NCBI GenBank assembly: GCA_963696385.1
Contig: CAVOKF010000005.1
Location: forward strand, 1,024,001-1,088,000
Direction of reading: 5' to 3'
From: an uncultured delta proteobacterium
GTDB lineage: Bacteria; Myxococcota_A; Polyangia; Polyangiales; Polyangiaceae
DNA: 64,000 nt
Position numbers and translations under genes: made by a program. Below, one piece after another: positions 9,680-17,263 of this stretch. Under the pieces are notes generated by a model. The model had not been told where the DNA came from. It did not search any database and worked only from the letters and a program-made list of their open reading frames with translations. Position 1 is the first letter of the stretch; every line of letters starts with the position of its first letter.

Positions 9680-10204
9680 ATGGGAATCCATCCGCTAGCG
9701 ATCTCGACGGCGTCCGGTTTGGCCTTTGTGTTCGCGTGCGAGACAGGCGTACCGCCCGCGACGGCTGCTGCTGCTGCAGAGCACGAGCAGTGCGATTCCC
9801 GAGTGACCGCCCCCGCGGCGACGCAGCTCCTGCAGGCGAACGCCGTGCTGCGCATCCAGCCGCTTTACCATCACATCATCGTGAACCCGAACAACGCCGA
9901 AGAGCGGCCCTCCGGCGTCAAACTGGTACTCCGTCCGCCGACCGGCGTGACCGCCGAAGAGCTGACCCGAATTCTGCAATGCCACAGCGCCCGTGTGCTC
10001 CTGGGAAAGGTCAATCCAGCCGAGATACCGGACGACCCGTATTGGCTTGCCGACCGATGGCTGGACATCCAAGTGACACCGGAAAATGGCAACTTCGCCG
10101 TGACGGTATGCGCCGACTCCGTGGACGACAATATCGAGGTGCTAGGCCGCGCAACCCGATATGCGCACGAGCACATGCTTGCCATCGAGGAAAGCATCCC
10201 GTAG
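9680..10204 (+). CDS. Uncharacterised lipoprotein, CH/DPY family paralog D
   Basis: RBS GAGG; lipobox VFA-C; GVKLVLRPPTG, TRILQCH, IPDDPYWLADRWLDI, NGNFAV, LGRATRY. Confidence 0.8.
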   Translation: MGIHPLAISTASGLAFVFACETGVPPATAAAAAEHEQCDSRVTAPAATQLLQANAVLRIQPLYHHIIVNPNNAEERPSGVKLVLRPPTGVTAEELTRILQCHSARVLLGKVNPAEIPDDPYWLADRWLDIQVTPENGNFAVTVCADSVDDNIEVLGRATRYAHEHMLAIEESIP

Positions 10205-10394
10205 CATCCGAGGCATGGACGGCATGGCGCCCGTTCGCCTGGACGCGGCAGGCGTCCTGGCCGGCCCGGGGGGCCCTCGCCCGCGAGTTCGCCCAGGCTG
10301 CGTGTTTCGGAGCGCGGCATCGAGGAACGCGAGCGAATCGCTGGCTCGGCGACGGTGAGGGCGGGGGCCGTCGCCAGCGTCCGCATCGGGTAGG

Positions 10395-11177
10395 TCAGTC
10401 TTTGCGGAGACGATATCCGATCCCAGGCTCGGTCAAGAAGTAGTACGGCCGGGCCGCGTCGATCTCGAACTTGCGGCGCAGCTGGCCCATGTACACGCGA
10501 AGGTACTGCGTGGCGTTCGTGTGCGCCGGGCCCCAGACGGCCATCATGATCTGCTCGTGCGTCAGCACCTCGCCGGCCCTGCGCATCATGGTCTCGAACA
10601 GCTTGTACTGACGCCGCGTGAGCCGCACCTCGTGCCCGCGCACGAACGCCTGGGCCTTGCCGAAGTCGATGCGGAGCGGCCCGACCTCGAGCGCCGAGCC
10701 CAGCGAGTGCGCGCTCGCGCGCTGGCGGTGACGAAGCCACACCCGGACGCGGGCGAGAAGCTCGCCCGTTGCGAATGGCCTCGTCAGGTACTCGTTCGCG
10801 CCCGAGTCGAGCGCCGGGATCTTGTGGTTCTCGTCCTCAGGTTCAGCGAGGATGAGGATGGGCGCATCCGACCACGCCCGGAGGCTGGTGGTGACCTGGA
10901 TGCCGTTTAGGTCCGGCAGGCCGAAGTCGACGATGACGATGTCGGGGTTGTATGCGGTCGCATGCGCGAGCCCCTGCCTTCCGGTGTCGGCTTCGATCAC
11001 GCGCATCCGCTGGTCGCAGAGGACCGTGCTCAGATAAGCGCGCGCGCGTGCGTCGCTCTCGGCCAGGAGAACGAGCGGCGTGACCGCGCGCTTCGCGCGC
11101 GCTTGGACCGGAGGGCCGGACCTCGGGATCGCGTTCGACGGATCGTCGTCCAGAACGACGGCAAGTGAGGTCTGCAT
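10395..11177 (-). CDS. OmpR-family response regulator, KdpE-like, atypical receiver (regulator 2)
   Basis: PDIVIVDFGLPDLNGI..LRAWSDAPILIL..ALDSGANEYLTRPF; VWGP..QYLRVYMGQLRRKFE.D.ARPYYFLTEPGIGYRL; RBS GGAGA. Confidence 0.9.
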   Translation of the reverse strand: MQTSLAVVLDDDPSNAIPRSGPPVQARAKRAVTPLVLLAESDARARAYLSTVLCDQRMRVIEADTGRQGLAHATAYNPDIVIVDFGLPDLNGIQVTTSLRAWSDAPILILAEPEDENHKIPALDSGANEYLTRPFATGELLARVRVWLRHRQRASAHSLGSALEVGPLRIDFGKAQAFVRGHEVRLTRRQYKLFETMMRRAGEVLTHEQIMMAVWGPAHTNATQYLRVYMGQLRRKFEIDAARPYYFLTEPGIGYRLRKD

Positions 11178-11187
11178 GGGATCTCTC

Positions 11188-11274
11188 CATTTTTATCTCT
11201 GATTTGCGCGGAGCGTCGGCATTTTCATCTCAGATTTGCGCAAGCTCGGCGCCACGATTTTCCACGTTTTTGCG
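11188..11274 (+). promoter_or_regulatory. Three direct repeats with ~33-bp period (CATTTTTATCTCTGATTTGCGC / CATTTTCATCTCAGATTTGCGC / degenerate third), each a TTTATC-N5-TTTGCG-like box
   Basis: The first two 22-mers differ at 2 positions; TTTGCG at 11203, 11235 and 11269. Confidence 0.6.
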
Positions 11275-11439
11275 CCGAATCACCGAGGCTCCTCGCGCCC
11301 TCTGTCTCGGCGGCGCTGTTGGAATAACCGCAGAATGCGAGGGCATGTATGTCGTCACGGTTTCGACCGCACGGCGTGGTCGTGATCCGGCCTTTTCCAC
11401 ATTCGCTATCCCAATTTTGATTCCGCCAGGAAGCTACAA

Positions 11440-11456
11440 TTAACGTCTTTTTTATT
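11440..11456 (+). promoter_or_regulatory. KdpE-box-like direct repeat (TTAACG-TCTTT-TTTATT) upstream of porin 2
   Basis: 11-bp spacing; about 160 bp before ATG 11617, the same distance as for porin 1. Confidence 0.6.
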
Positions 11457-11616
11457 TCGTTGCGTCCTAAGGAAGCACTCGTAGCTCACTGAAGCCACGG
11501 GTCGAAGGCCGTCGCCGCAAGGCGACCTAGCCGTCACCGCCGCGGCTCCGGCGCATGAATCCTCACGCGTCGATGGCGGTCCCTTGTCTTCGTCGAAAAC
11601 GCGAGGAGTTCCATCT

Positions 11617-13221
11617 ATGAAACGTAAGTCGAGCCTTCGCAGCCTGCGCTTCGGTACCGTCTTGGGCGCGCTGTCCATCTCCGTGGAGAGCGTGGCGTTC
11701 GCGCAGCCACCTCCCGCCGAGACGCCTCCGCCCGCGGCCCCGCCGCCCGCTGCGGCGCCCGCGGCCCCGCCGCCTGCAGCTGCGGCCGCCCCTGCGCCGG
11801 CGGCCCCCGCAGCGACTGCGCCGCCCGCGGCCCCGACCGGGTTCGCCGCGCCCCCCACGCCTGCCGCGCCCGCCGCTGCGCCCCCGCCGGGCCCGTTCGA
11901 CGGCATTGCCCAGACGGAGAGCCCGCCCTTTGCCCTGGACTTCGGTTGGATCAACGGTACCAGCCGACAGAAGAAGCCTGTGATCGACACGCCGTTCTTC
12001 ACCGGCGAGTTTCTCGTTGACGTCAACTACACCCAGTCCAAGGCCAACCCGATCGACCATACCGTCATCGGGTCGACGTCGATCGCGCGAGACAACGAGG
12101 TCTCACTCGCCTTCTTGGGCCTCGGCGGCGACTTCCACATCAAGAACACGCGTATGCGCATCATGACGCAGTTCGGGTACCGCGCCGTGGAGATTCCGCG
12201 CAACGACTTCAGCACCTTCCATGGGCAGTTCGACTTGCAGAACACGCTCCGATACATCAGCGAGTGGAACGGCGGATACCACTGGGATGTGCTCCACGGC
12301 ATCAACGTCGACGCGGGCATCTTCATGTCGTACGTCGGCCTGTTCTCGTACACCGCATACGAAAACTGGATGTACGTCCCGTCGTATACCTCGGACAACA
12401 CGCCCTGGTTCTTCAACGGCATCCGGACGCAGATCTTCCCGACCGACACCCTGAAGATCGAGCCTTGGATCATCAACGGCTGGCAGTCGTACGCCAAGTT
12501 CAACGACATGCCCGGCTTCGGTGGCCAGGTGATGTTCCGTCCCGTCGAGTGGATCTCGATGAACTCGAACGACTACTTCGGCTTTGACGCCCAGGACCTA
12601 TCGGGCCTTTACCGCTGGCACACGGACAACAGCTTTAACATCCGATACTGGAACAACCCGGGCGCGTCGGTCATCACACGCCTCGCCGCGTCGTACACCT
12701 TCGACGTCGGCGGCGAACACGGGGACGGTGTCGCGTTCTCCGGCAAATCGCCGGAGTTCCAATGCAGCGTCGCAAAGCCCTGCCCGGCGCGCTTCATCAG
12801 CGCGATGACCTACCAGCGCGCCTGGTTCGGCGACCAGTTCGCGGTCACCGTCGGCGGCGGCTGGATGACCAACCCCAGCCGCTACCTCATCCTGACGCCG
12901 ACTGGAAATGCCCAGCCCCTTCCCCAGCCCGAGAGCACGGCACAAGTCGCGTACGTCCCACCCACGAGCCCGTATGACATCAACTTCGGCTCGAAGATCA
13001 CCATGTGGGACTACGAGGCCGGCTTTCAATACATGCCGAGCGACTATTTCACGCTGGACGTCGAGCTGAACCATCGGGGATCGAGCGTTCCGTTCTTCAA
13101 CGGTCACGGCGGCGACACCTCGCCCGACGGCTACATCACGACGCCTGCGGGTCCGGGCTGGCGGGCGGACCTGCAGAAGTCCGACGACCGAATCATCATT
13201 GCTTGGCTGGTCCGCCTCTAA
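11617..13221 (+). CDS. Outer-membrane beta-barrel protein (BBP2/OmpL-like porin), paralog 2
   Basis: RBS GAGGAG; signal AFA-Q; Pro/Ala linker; GIFMSYVGLFSY, PSYTSDNTPWFFNG, WIINGWQ and GHGG.TSPDGY shared with paralog 1. Confidence 0.85.
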   Translation: MKRKSSLRSLRFGTVLGALSISVESVAFAQPPPAETPPPAAPPPAAAPAAPPPAAAAAPAPAAPAATAPPAAPTGFAAPPTPAAPAAAPPPGPFDGIAQTESPPFALDFGWINGTSRQKKPVIDTPFFTGEFLVDVNYTQSKANPIDHTVIGSTSIARDNEVSLAFLGLGGDFHIKNTRMRIMTQFGYRAVEIPRNDFSTFHGQFDLQNTLRYISEWNGGYHWDVLHGINVDAGIFMSYVGLFSYTAYENWMYVPSYTSDNTPWFFNGIRTQIFPTDTLKIEPWIINGWQSYAKFNDMPGFGGQVMFRPVEWISMNSNDYFGFDAQDLSGLYRWHTDNSFNIRYWNNPGASVITRLAASYTFDVGGEHGDGVAFSGKSPEFQCSVAKPCPARFISAMTYQRAWFGDQFAVTVGGGWMTNPSRYLILTPTGNAQPLPQPESTAQVAYVPPTSPYDINFGSKITMWDYEAGFQYMPSDYFTLDVELNHRGSSVPFFNGHGGDTSPDGYITTPAGPGWRADLQKSDDRIIIAWLVRL

Positions 13222-13248
13222 GCGCGGCTTGGAATCTCGGAGATCACC

Positions 13249-13944
13249 ATGAAGCCTACAAAGACTGTGAAGAGCACTTTCATGACCCCGATCCATCTCG
13301 CTCGCCTAGGTGTGCTGCTTGCGGTTGGCTCAGTCGCGCTCGCCCTGGCGCCAGCCGGCTGCATCGGCGGATGGGCCTACGGCAACGTTCCCGAAGGCGA
13401 CCGATGCAATCCGTACGACAGCCACAACGAGTGTAAGAGCGGCCTGGCCTGCACCGTCTCATCGTGGCAAGTGGCCAACCAGGGCCTCGTGTCGGCCCAG
13501 GGAACCGTCGTCCCCTTCCTCACCGCAGGCTCCGGGCCCACGCTCCCGTTCTGCGCCGAAAACTACTGCTGCCCGGTCGACAGCAACGGCAACCTCACGC
13601 CAAGCAGCAACCCGTATTGTCAGGCGGGTTGCAACGGCGGAGCGGCGTCGATTTGCACCGCACTCGGAAACAACACGACCGCCCCTTACATTGGTGTGTG
13701 CGATTTCGCGGATGGGGGTGTGTTGCCGCCGGAGGAGGACGCCGGCGACGGGGGCACACCCGAGGCGTCCGCGGAGGCGAGCACGGAGGCGAGCACGGAG
13801 GCGAGCACGGAGGCGAGCACGGAGGCGAGCACGGAGGCGAGCACGGAGGCGAGCACGGAGGCGAGCACGGAGGCGAGCACGGAGGCGAGCACGGAGGCGA
13901 GCACGGAGGCGAGCACGCCCGCCGATGGAAGTAGCGGAGACTGA
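13249..13944 (+). CDS. Cys-rich lipoprotein with (EAST)12 tail (partner of porin 2)
   Basis: RBS GGAG; lipobox PAG-C; GDRCNPYDSHNEC...YCCPVDSNGNLT...YCQ homologous to the protein at 3909. Confidence 0.8.
   Translation: MKPTKTVKSTFMTPIHLARLGVLLAVGSVALALAPAGCIGGWAYGNVPEGDRCNPYDSHNECKSGLACTVSSWQVANQGLVSAQGTVVPFLTAGSGPTLPFCAENYCCPVDSNGNLTPSSNPYCQAGCNGGAASICTALGNNTTAPYIGVCDFADGGVLPPEEDAGDGGTPEASAEASTEASTEASTEASTEASTEASTEASTEASTEASTEASTEASTEASTPADGSSGD
13774..13917 (+). repeat. 12 perfect copies of the 12-bp unit GAGGCGAGCACG (EAST), coding VNTR
   Basis: 144 bp read directly. Confidence 0.95.
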
Positions 13945-14119
13945 GAGGCACTGCTGACAGCACGAACCGCCGTCGCCTCCCTTGCTATGCGCATGAACGC
14001 GTGCGCGCCCCAGGGGAGGCGATCGCTGGACCCTGAGCGAGCTCTCTGTTCTTTTCGGTGGCGGGTGCGGTCCCTTGCGATCGACGTCGATGCCACTTTG
14101 TGTAACATCCGGACCGCAG

Positions 14120-14646
14120 ATGCGGCGATTCCTTGCTTGGTCGTGGGCGGCATCGATGGCTCTCTCGGGCTGCGGCTCGTGCTCGTGGTTTCCGCTTCTG
14201 CCGGACAAGCGGACGACCGTGGACCACGCGCATGAGCTCGACGAAACGTGTGCGCAGGATGCTGGACCGTTGGCGGCTGATGCGCTTTCTCCCTCCGTCA
14301 TCGAGAGTGTCCAGGCAGCCTATATCCACGTGAACCAGGAGCGGGGGGCGACCTACGCCTGCGCGGTGCGGAGCTGCACATGCGGCCGACGGTGACCATC
14401 CCCGTCGGCGTGCTGCAGCGCGCTCTCGAGTGCCATGAAGCGGCCGTCACGTTGGGAGACGCGCCGGAGCTCCCCGAAGATCCGTACGTCCTGCCTGGTT
14501 CCTGGCTCCAGATCGACGTCAGCGTCACGAACGAGGGGCTGATGGCGGCCGTGCTCACGAACACCCCTGACGACGCGCGGCGCGTCATAGAGCGAGCGCA
14601 CAGGTTCGCGCCCTCCGCGCGTCTGGTGATCGCGCCACGGCCGTGA
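14120..14646 (+). CDS. Uncharacterised lipoprotein, CH/DPY family paralog E, frameshifted in a G6 run (14343-14348)
   Basis: N-part MRRFLAWSWAASMALSG-C..PDKRTTVDHAHEL..C matches paralog A; one extra G joins it to GDLRLRGAELHMRP..QRALECH..LPEDPYVLPGSWLQI. Confidence 0.75.
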
Positions 14647-14718
14647 TGAATCAGGGTCCCATGCGGCCGCGTCGCCAAGGGTGCGCGGGGGACGGGTGTC
14701 GACGAGGGCGCCGAACGG

Positions 14719-15006
14719 TCAGCCCCCTTGCGGGTTCACGCAATCGGCCTGCGCCTGCGGAGGGGCTCCCCTAAACTGGGCATCGCCTCCGGCATCGTTC
14801 GTGATAGTGACCGTGCAGGTGGAGCCCGTTACCACGACGGTGGCCTGTCCGGGCGTCGGGGAAGCGCCGCAGAAGCAAACGGTGGACCCATCGCTCGCGG
14901 TGACGACGCAGCAGGTGTTGAGGGGTGGAAAGGATGCCGCACCCGTGCAAGAGAGCGCACCTACGGAAAGAGCCAGGCCGAACAGCGCGGGGATGCTCGT
15001 TCTCAT
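14719..15006 (-). CDS. Small Cys-rich lipoprotein (95 aa)
   Basis: MRTSIPALFGLALSVGALS-C; TCC, CFC and two further Cys. Confidence 0.65.
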   Translation of the reverse strand: MRTSIPALFGLALSVGALSCTGAASFPPLNTCCVVTASDGSTVCFCGASPTPGQATVVVTGSTCTVTITNDAGGDAQFRGAPPQAQADCVNPQGG

Positions 15007-15580
15007 CGCAGACCATCTTGCCCCATGGAGTTCGGGTTCGCCAAGGCTCTCGCCCGAGCCCCGTGAGGCCTGCCTCTCGGTCTCCCTGTTCCCTGCGCGA
15101 TTCGCCCGGACCCGAGGGGCCATGGATCTTCGATGGGCTTTCTGGCGCTCCGGAAGTTCGTCGACAGAAGCGAAAGCAGCAAGCACGAGGGGTGGCCCCA
15201 TGGAAATTGGGAATGGATATGAGTCATGGGTGGATTATCAAGTTTCACTTGGGCGCGGTTCGCGGCCGACGTCCACGGGAGCGGTGAGTGCCGCGTGGGT
15301 CGGCGTTCGCATCTTTTTTTCTGCCGTCCCGAAGCACTCGTAAACGGCGTGCAGCCTTCGGGGCCGCGACGTTGGCCAGGGCCACGGACGACTCCCGCGC
15401 GGGCAGCTCAGGGAAAGCCACCCGTCGCTGACCCCGACCGGTAAGCGAACGCCCATCTCGCGCGTGGCGAGGACAACGGGCGGTAGCGTGTGGACGCTGG
15501 CGGCGGGGGGGCCCTTGACGAAGGGCCCGTGCCTCGGCGAAGCTTACTCTTCATACGTTCGGGCGCGCGGGGCAGTGTGC

Positions 15581-17263
15581 ATGTCAGAATCGGAGACCGA
15601 CGCCGACGAACAGCTCGCACGCGCTCGCGCCCGACTGGGCACCACGCTACGGGGCAAGTACCGGCTCGATCGCATTCTGGGCGTGGGCGGCATGGCCGCC
15701 GTTTACGCGGCAACCCATCGCAACGGCAATGAATTCGCCGTCAAGCTGCTGCATCCGGAGCTGTCGCTCAGCAGCGACCTGCGGAACCGTTTTCTGAGGG
15801 AGGGGCAGGCGGCTGGCGCGGTTAAGCATCCGGGCGTCGTGTCCGTGCTCGACGACGACGTAGCCGAAGACGGCACGGCGTTCCTCGTGATGGAGCTTTT
15901 GCGCGGCGAATCGGTCGAAGCAGTGTGGGAGCGCCTTGGCAAACGCCTGGCCGGTCGCTTCGTCGTCGACATCGGAGTCGAGCTGCTCGATGTGCTTGCG
16001 GCCGCCCACGAGCGCGGCGTCGTCCATCGGGACATCAAGCCGGCCAACCTGCTTCTCACGCTCGACGGACGACTCAAGGTGCTCGACTTTGGCATTGCCC
16101 GTCTCCGCGATGCGGCTTCGGCGCAAGCCACGCGCACCGGGATCACGATGGGGACGCCGGCCTTCATGGCGCCCGAGCAGGTGCTCGGCAAGACCACCGA
16201 GATCGACGGGCGGACGGACGTGTGGGCGGCTGGCGCCACCCTTTTTACGCTCGCTTCGGGGCGCCTGGTGCACGAGGCCGACACGGTGCAGCAAATCATG
16301 ATTGCGGCGGCCACGACGCCTGCCCCCTCGCTGGCGAGCGTCCTGCCGGGCGCTCACCCGTCGCTCTGCGCGGTCGTGGACGGCGCGCTTGCATTCGCAA
16401 GGGGCGACCGCTTTCCCGACGCGGCGTCGATGCGCGATGCCTTGCGCAAGGTGTCGGCAAGCCTCTACGCCGGGGCCTCGCCTCAGCGGTCGCTGCTCGA
16501 GCTGAGCGAGGCGGCGAGGAAGTCGGCCGAGTCGACGCCGCACTCGATCCCGGCCCACCCGTCGTCGCCCGCGCCGGCCCCCGTCGCCTTGGATCGAGCG
16601 CCCGCCGCGTCGGTCCCGTACTCCGTCCCTGTGCACGCGCCGTCGCCCGGGCCTTCGCCCGCCGCGTCGGGGTGGGTGCCTCCGCCCCCGCGGCCCATTC
16701 CCCAGCCGCTCGCGGTCCGTCACGGGGGCGCCGTGTCCGAGTTCGTGACCGCGCAACCGGTGTCGCGCGATTCGCCTTCCAAGAGCCTGGCGCGCGCGAA
16801 CTCTAGGCTGGTGGTGGTGCTCGCGTCTTTGGTCGGGGCGTTGGTCGTTATGGCGACCGCTACAGTGGCCGTCGTCGGCTCGCGATCCTCGACGAGCGCC
16901 CCTGCCGTGCCGGTGGTGGCCAGCACCCCCACCGCCTCCGCCACCGCGAACAGCCCGAACAGCGTCGAGGTCAATGTCATCAATTACCCGAGCCCGACGT
17001 CGAAGATCGTCAACGCGCCGCCCGTAGCACCCGCGCCCGCCGGATCCGGGCCCGCCAAGCCGGAGGCCCCGACCTCGATGCCCGAGGTCGTCGCCGGCTC
17101 GGCCGGTGCCGCGACGCCTTCGTCGGCCTCGCCTCCGGCGCGTCCGATGGCCCCGCCGGCTGCACCGGCCATACCCGCCAAGCCGAGCCCCTCGGCAAAG
17201 CCCGCCTGCTTCTATTACGAAAACGGGATCAAAAAGTGGCGCCGGGAGTGCCTCTCGCAATGA
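15581..17263 (+). CDS. Eukaryote-like Ser/Thr protein kinase with TM helix and Pro-rich extracytoplasmic tail
   Basis: LGVGGMAAVY, AVKLL, HRDIKPANL, DFG, GTPAFMAPEQ, DVWAAG. Confidence 0.95.
   Translation: MSESETDADEQLARARARLGTTLRGKYRLDRILGVGGMAAVYAATHRNGNEFAVKLLHPELSLSSDLRNRFLREGQAAGAVKHPGVVSVLDDDVAEDGTAFLVMELLRGESVEAVWERLGKRLAGRFVVDIGVELLDVLAAAHERGVVHRDIKPANLLLTLDGRLKVLDFGIARLRDAASAQATRTGITMGTPAFMAPEQVLGKTTEIDGRTDVWAAGATLFTLASGRLVHEADTVQQIMIAAATTPAPSLASVLPGAHPSLCAVVDGALAFARGDRFPDAASMRDALRKVSASLYAGASPQRSLLELSEAARKSAESTPHSIPAHPSSPAPAPVALDRAPAASVPYSVPVHAPSPGPSPAASGWVPPPPRPIPQPLAVRHGGAVSEFVTAQPVSRDSPSKSLARANSRLVVVLASLVGALVVMATATVAVVGSRSSTSAPAVPVVASTPTASATANSPNSVEVNVINYPSPTSKIVNAPPVAPAPAGSGPAKPEAPTSMPEVVAGSAGAATPSSASPPARPMAPPAAPAIPAKPSPSAKPACFYYENGIKKWRRECLSQ

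Noticed and set aside
6864..11177. Naming the regulators kdpE, or calling a kdp operon or kdpF peptide
   Set aside because: No kdpA/B/C/D and no KdpF-like hydrophobic mini-ORF found; the receivers are atypical, so orthology is unproven
11405..11422. Additional box GCTATC...TTGATT
   Set aside because: Half-site spacing is 12 bp and the first half-site is poor
13774..13917. Tandem arrays here and at 4434, 4668 and 18879 as CRISPR arrays
   Set aside because: No unique spacers, unit lengths are multiples of 3, all lie in frame within lipoprotein genes, and there are no cas genes
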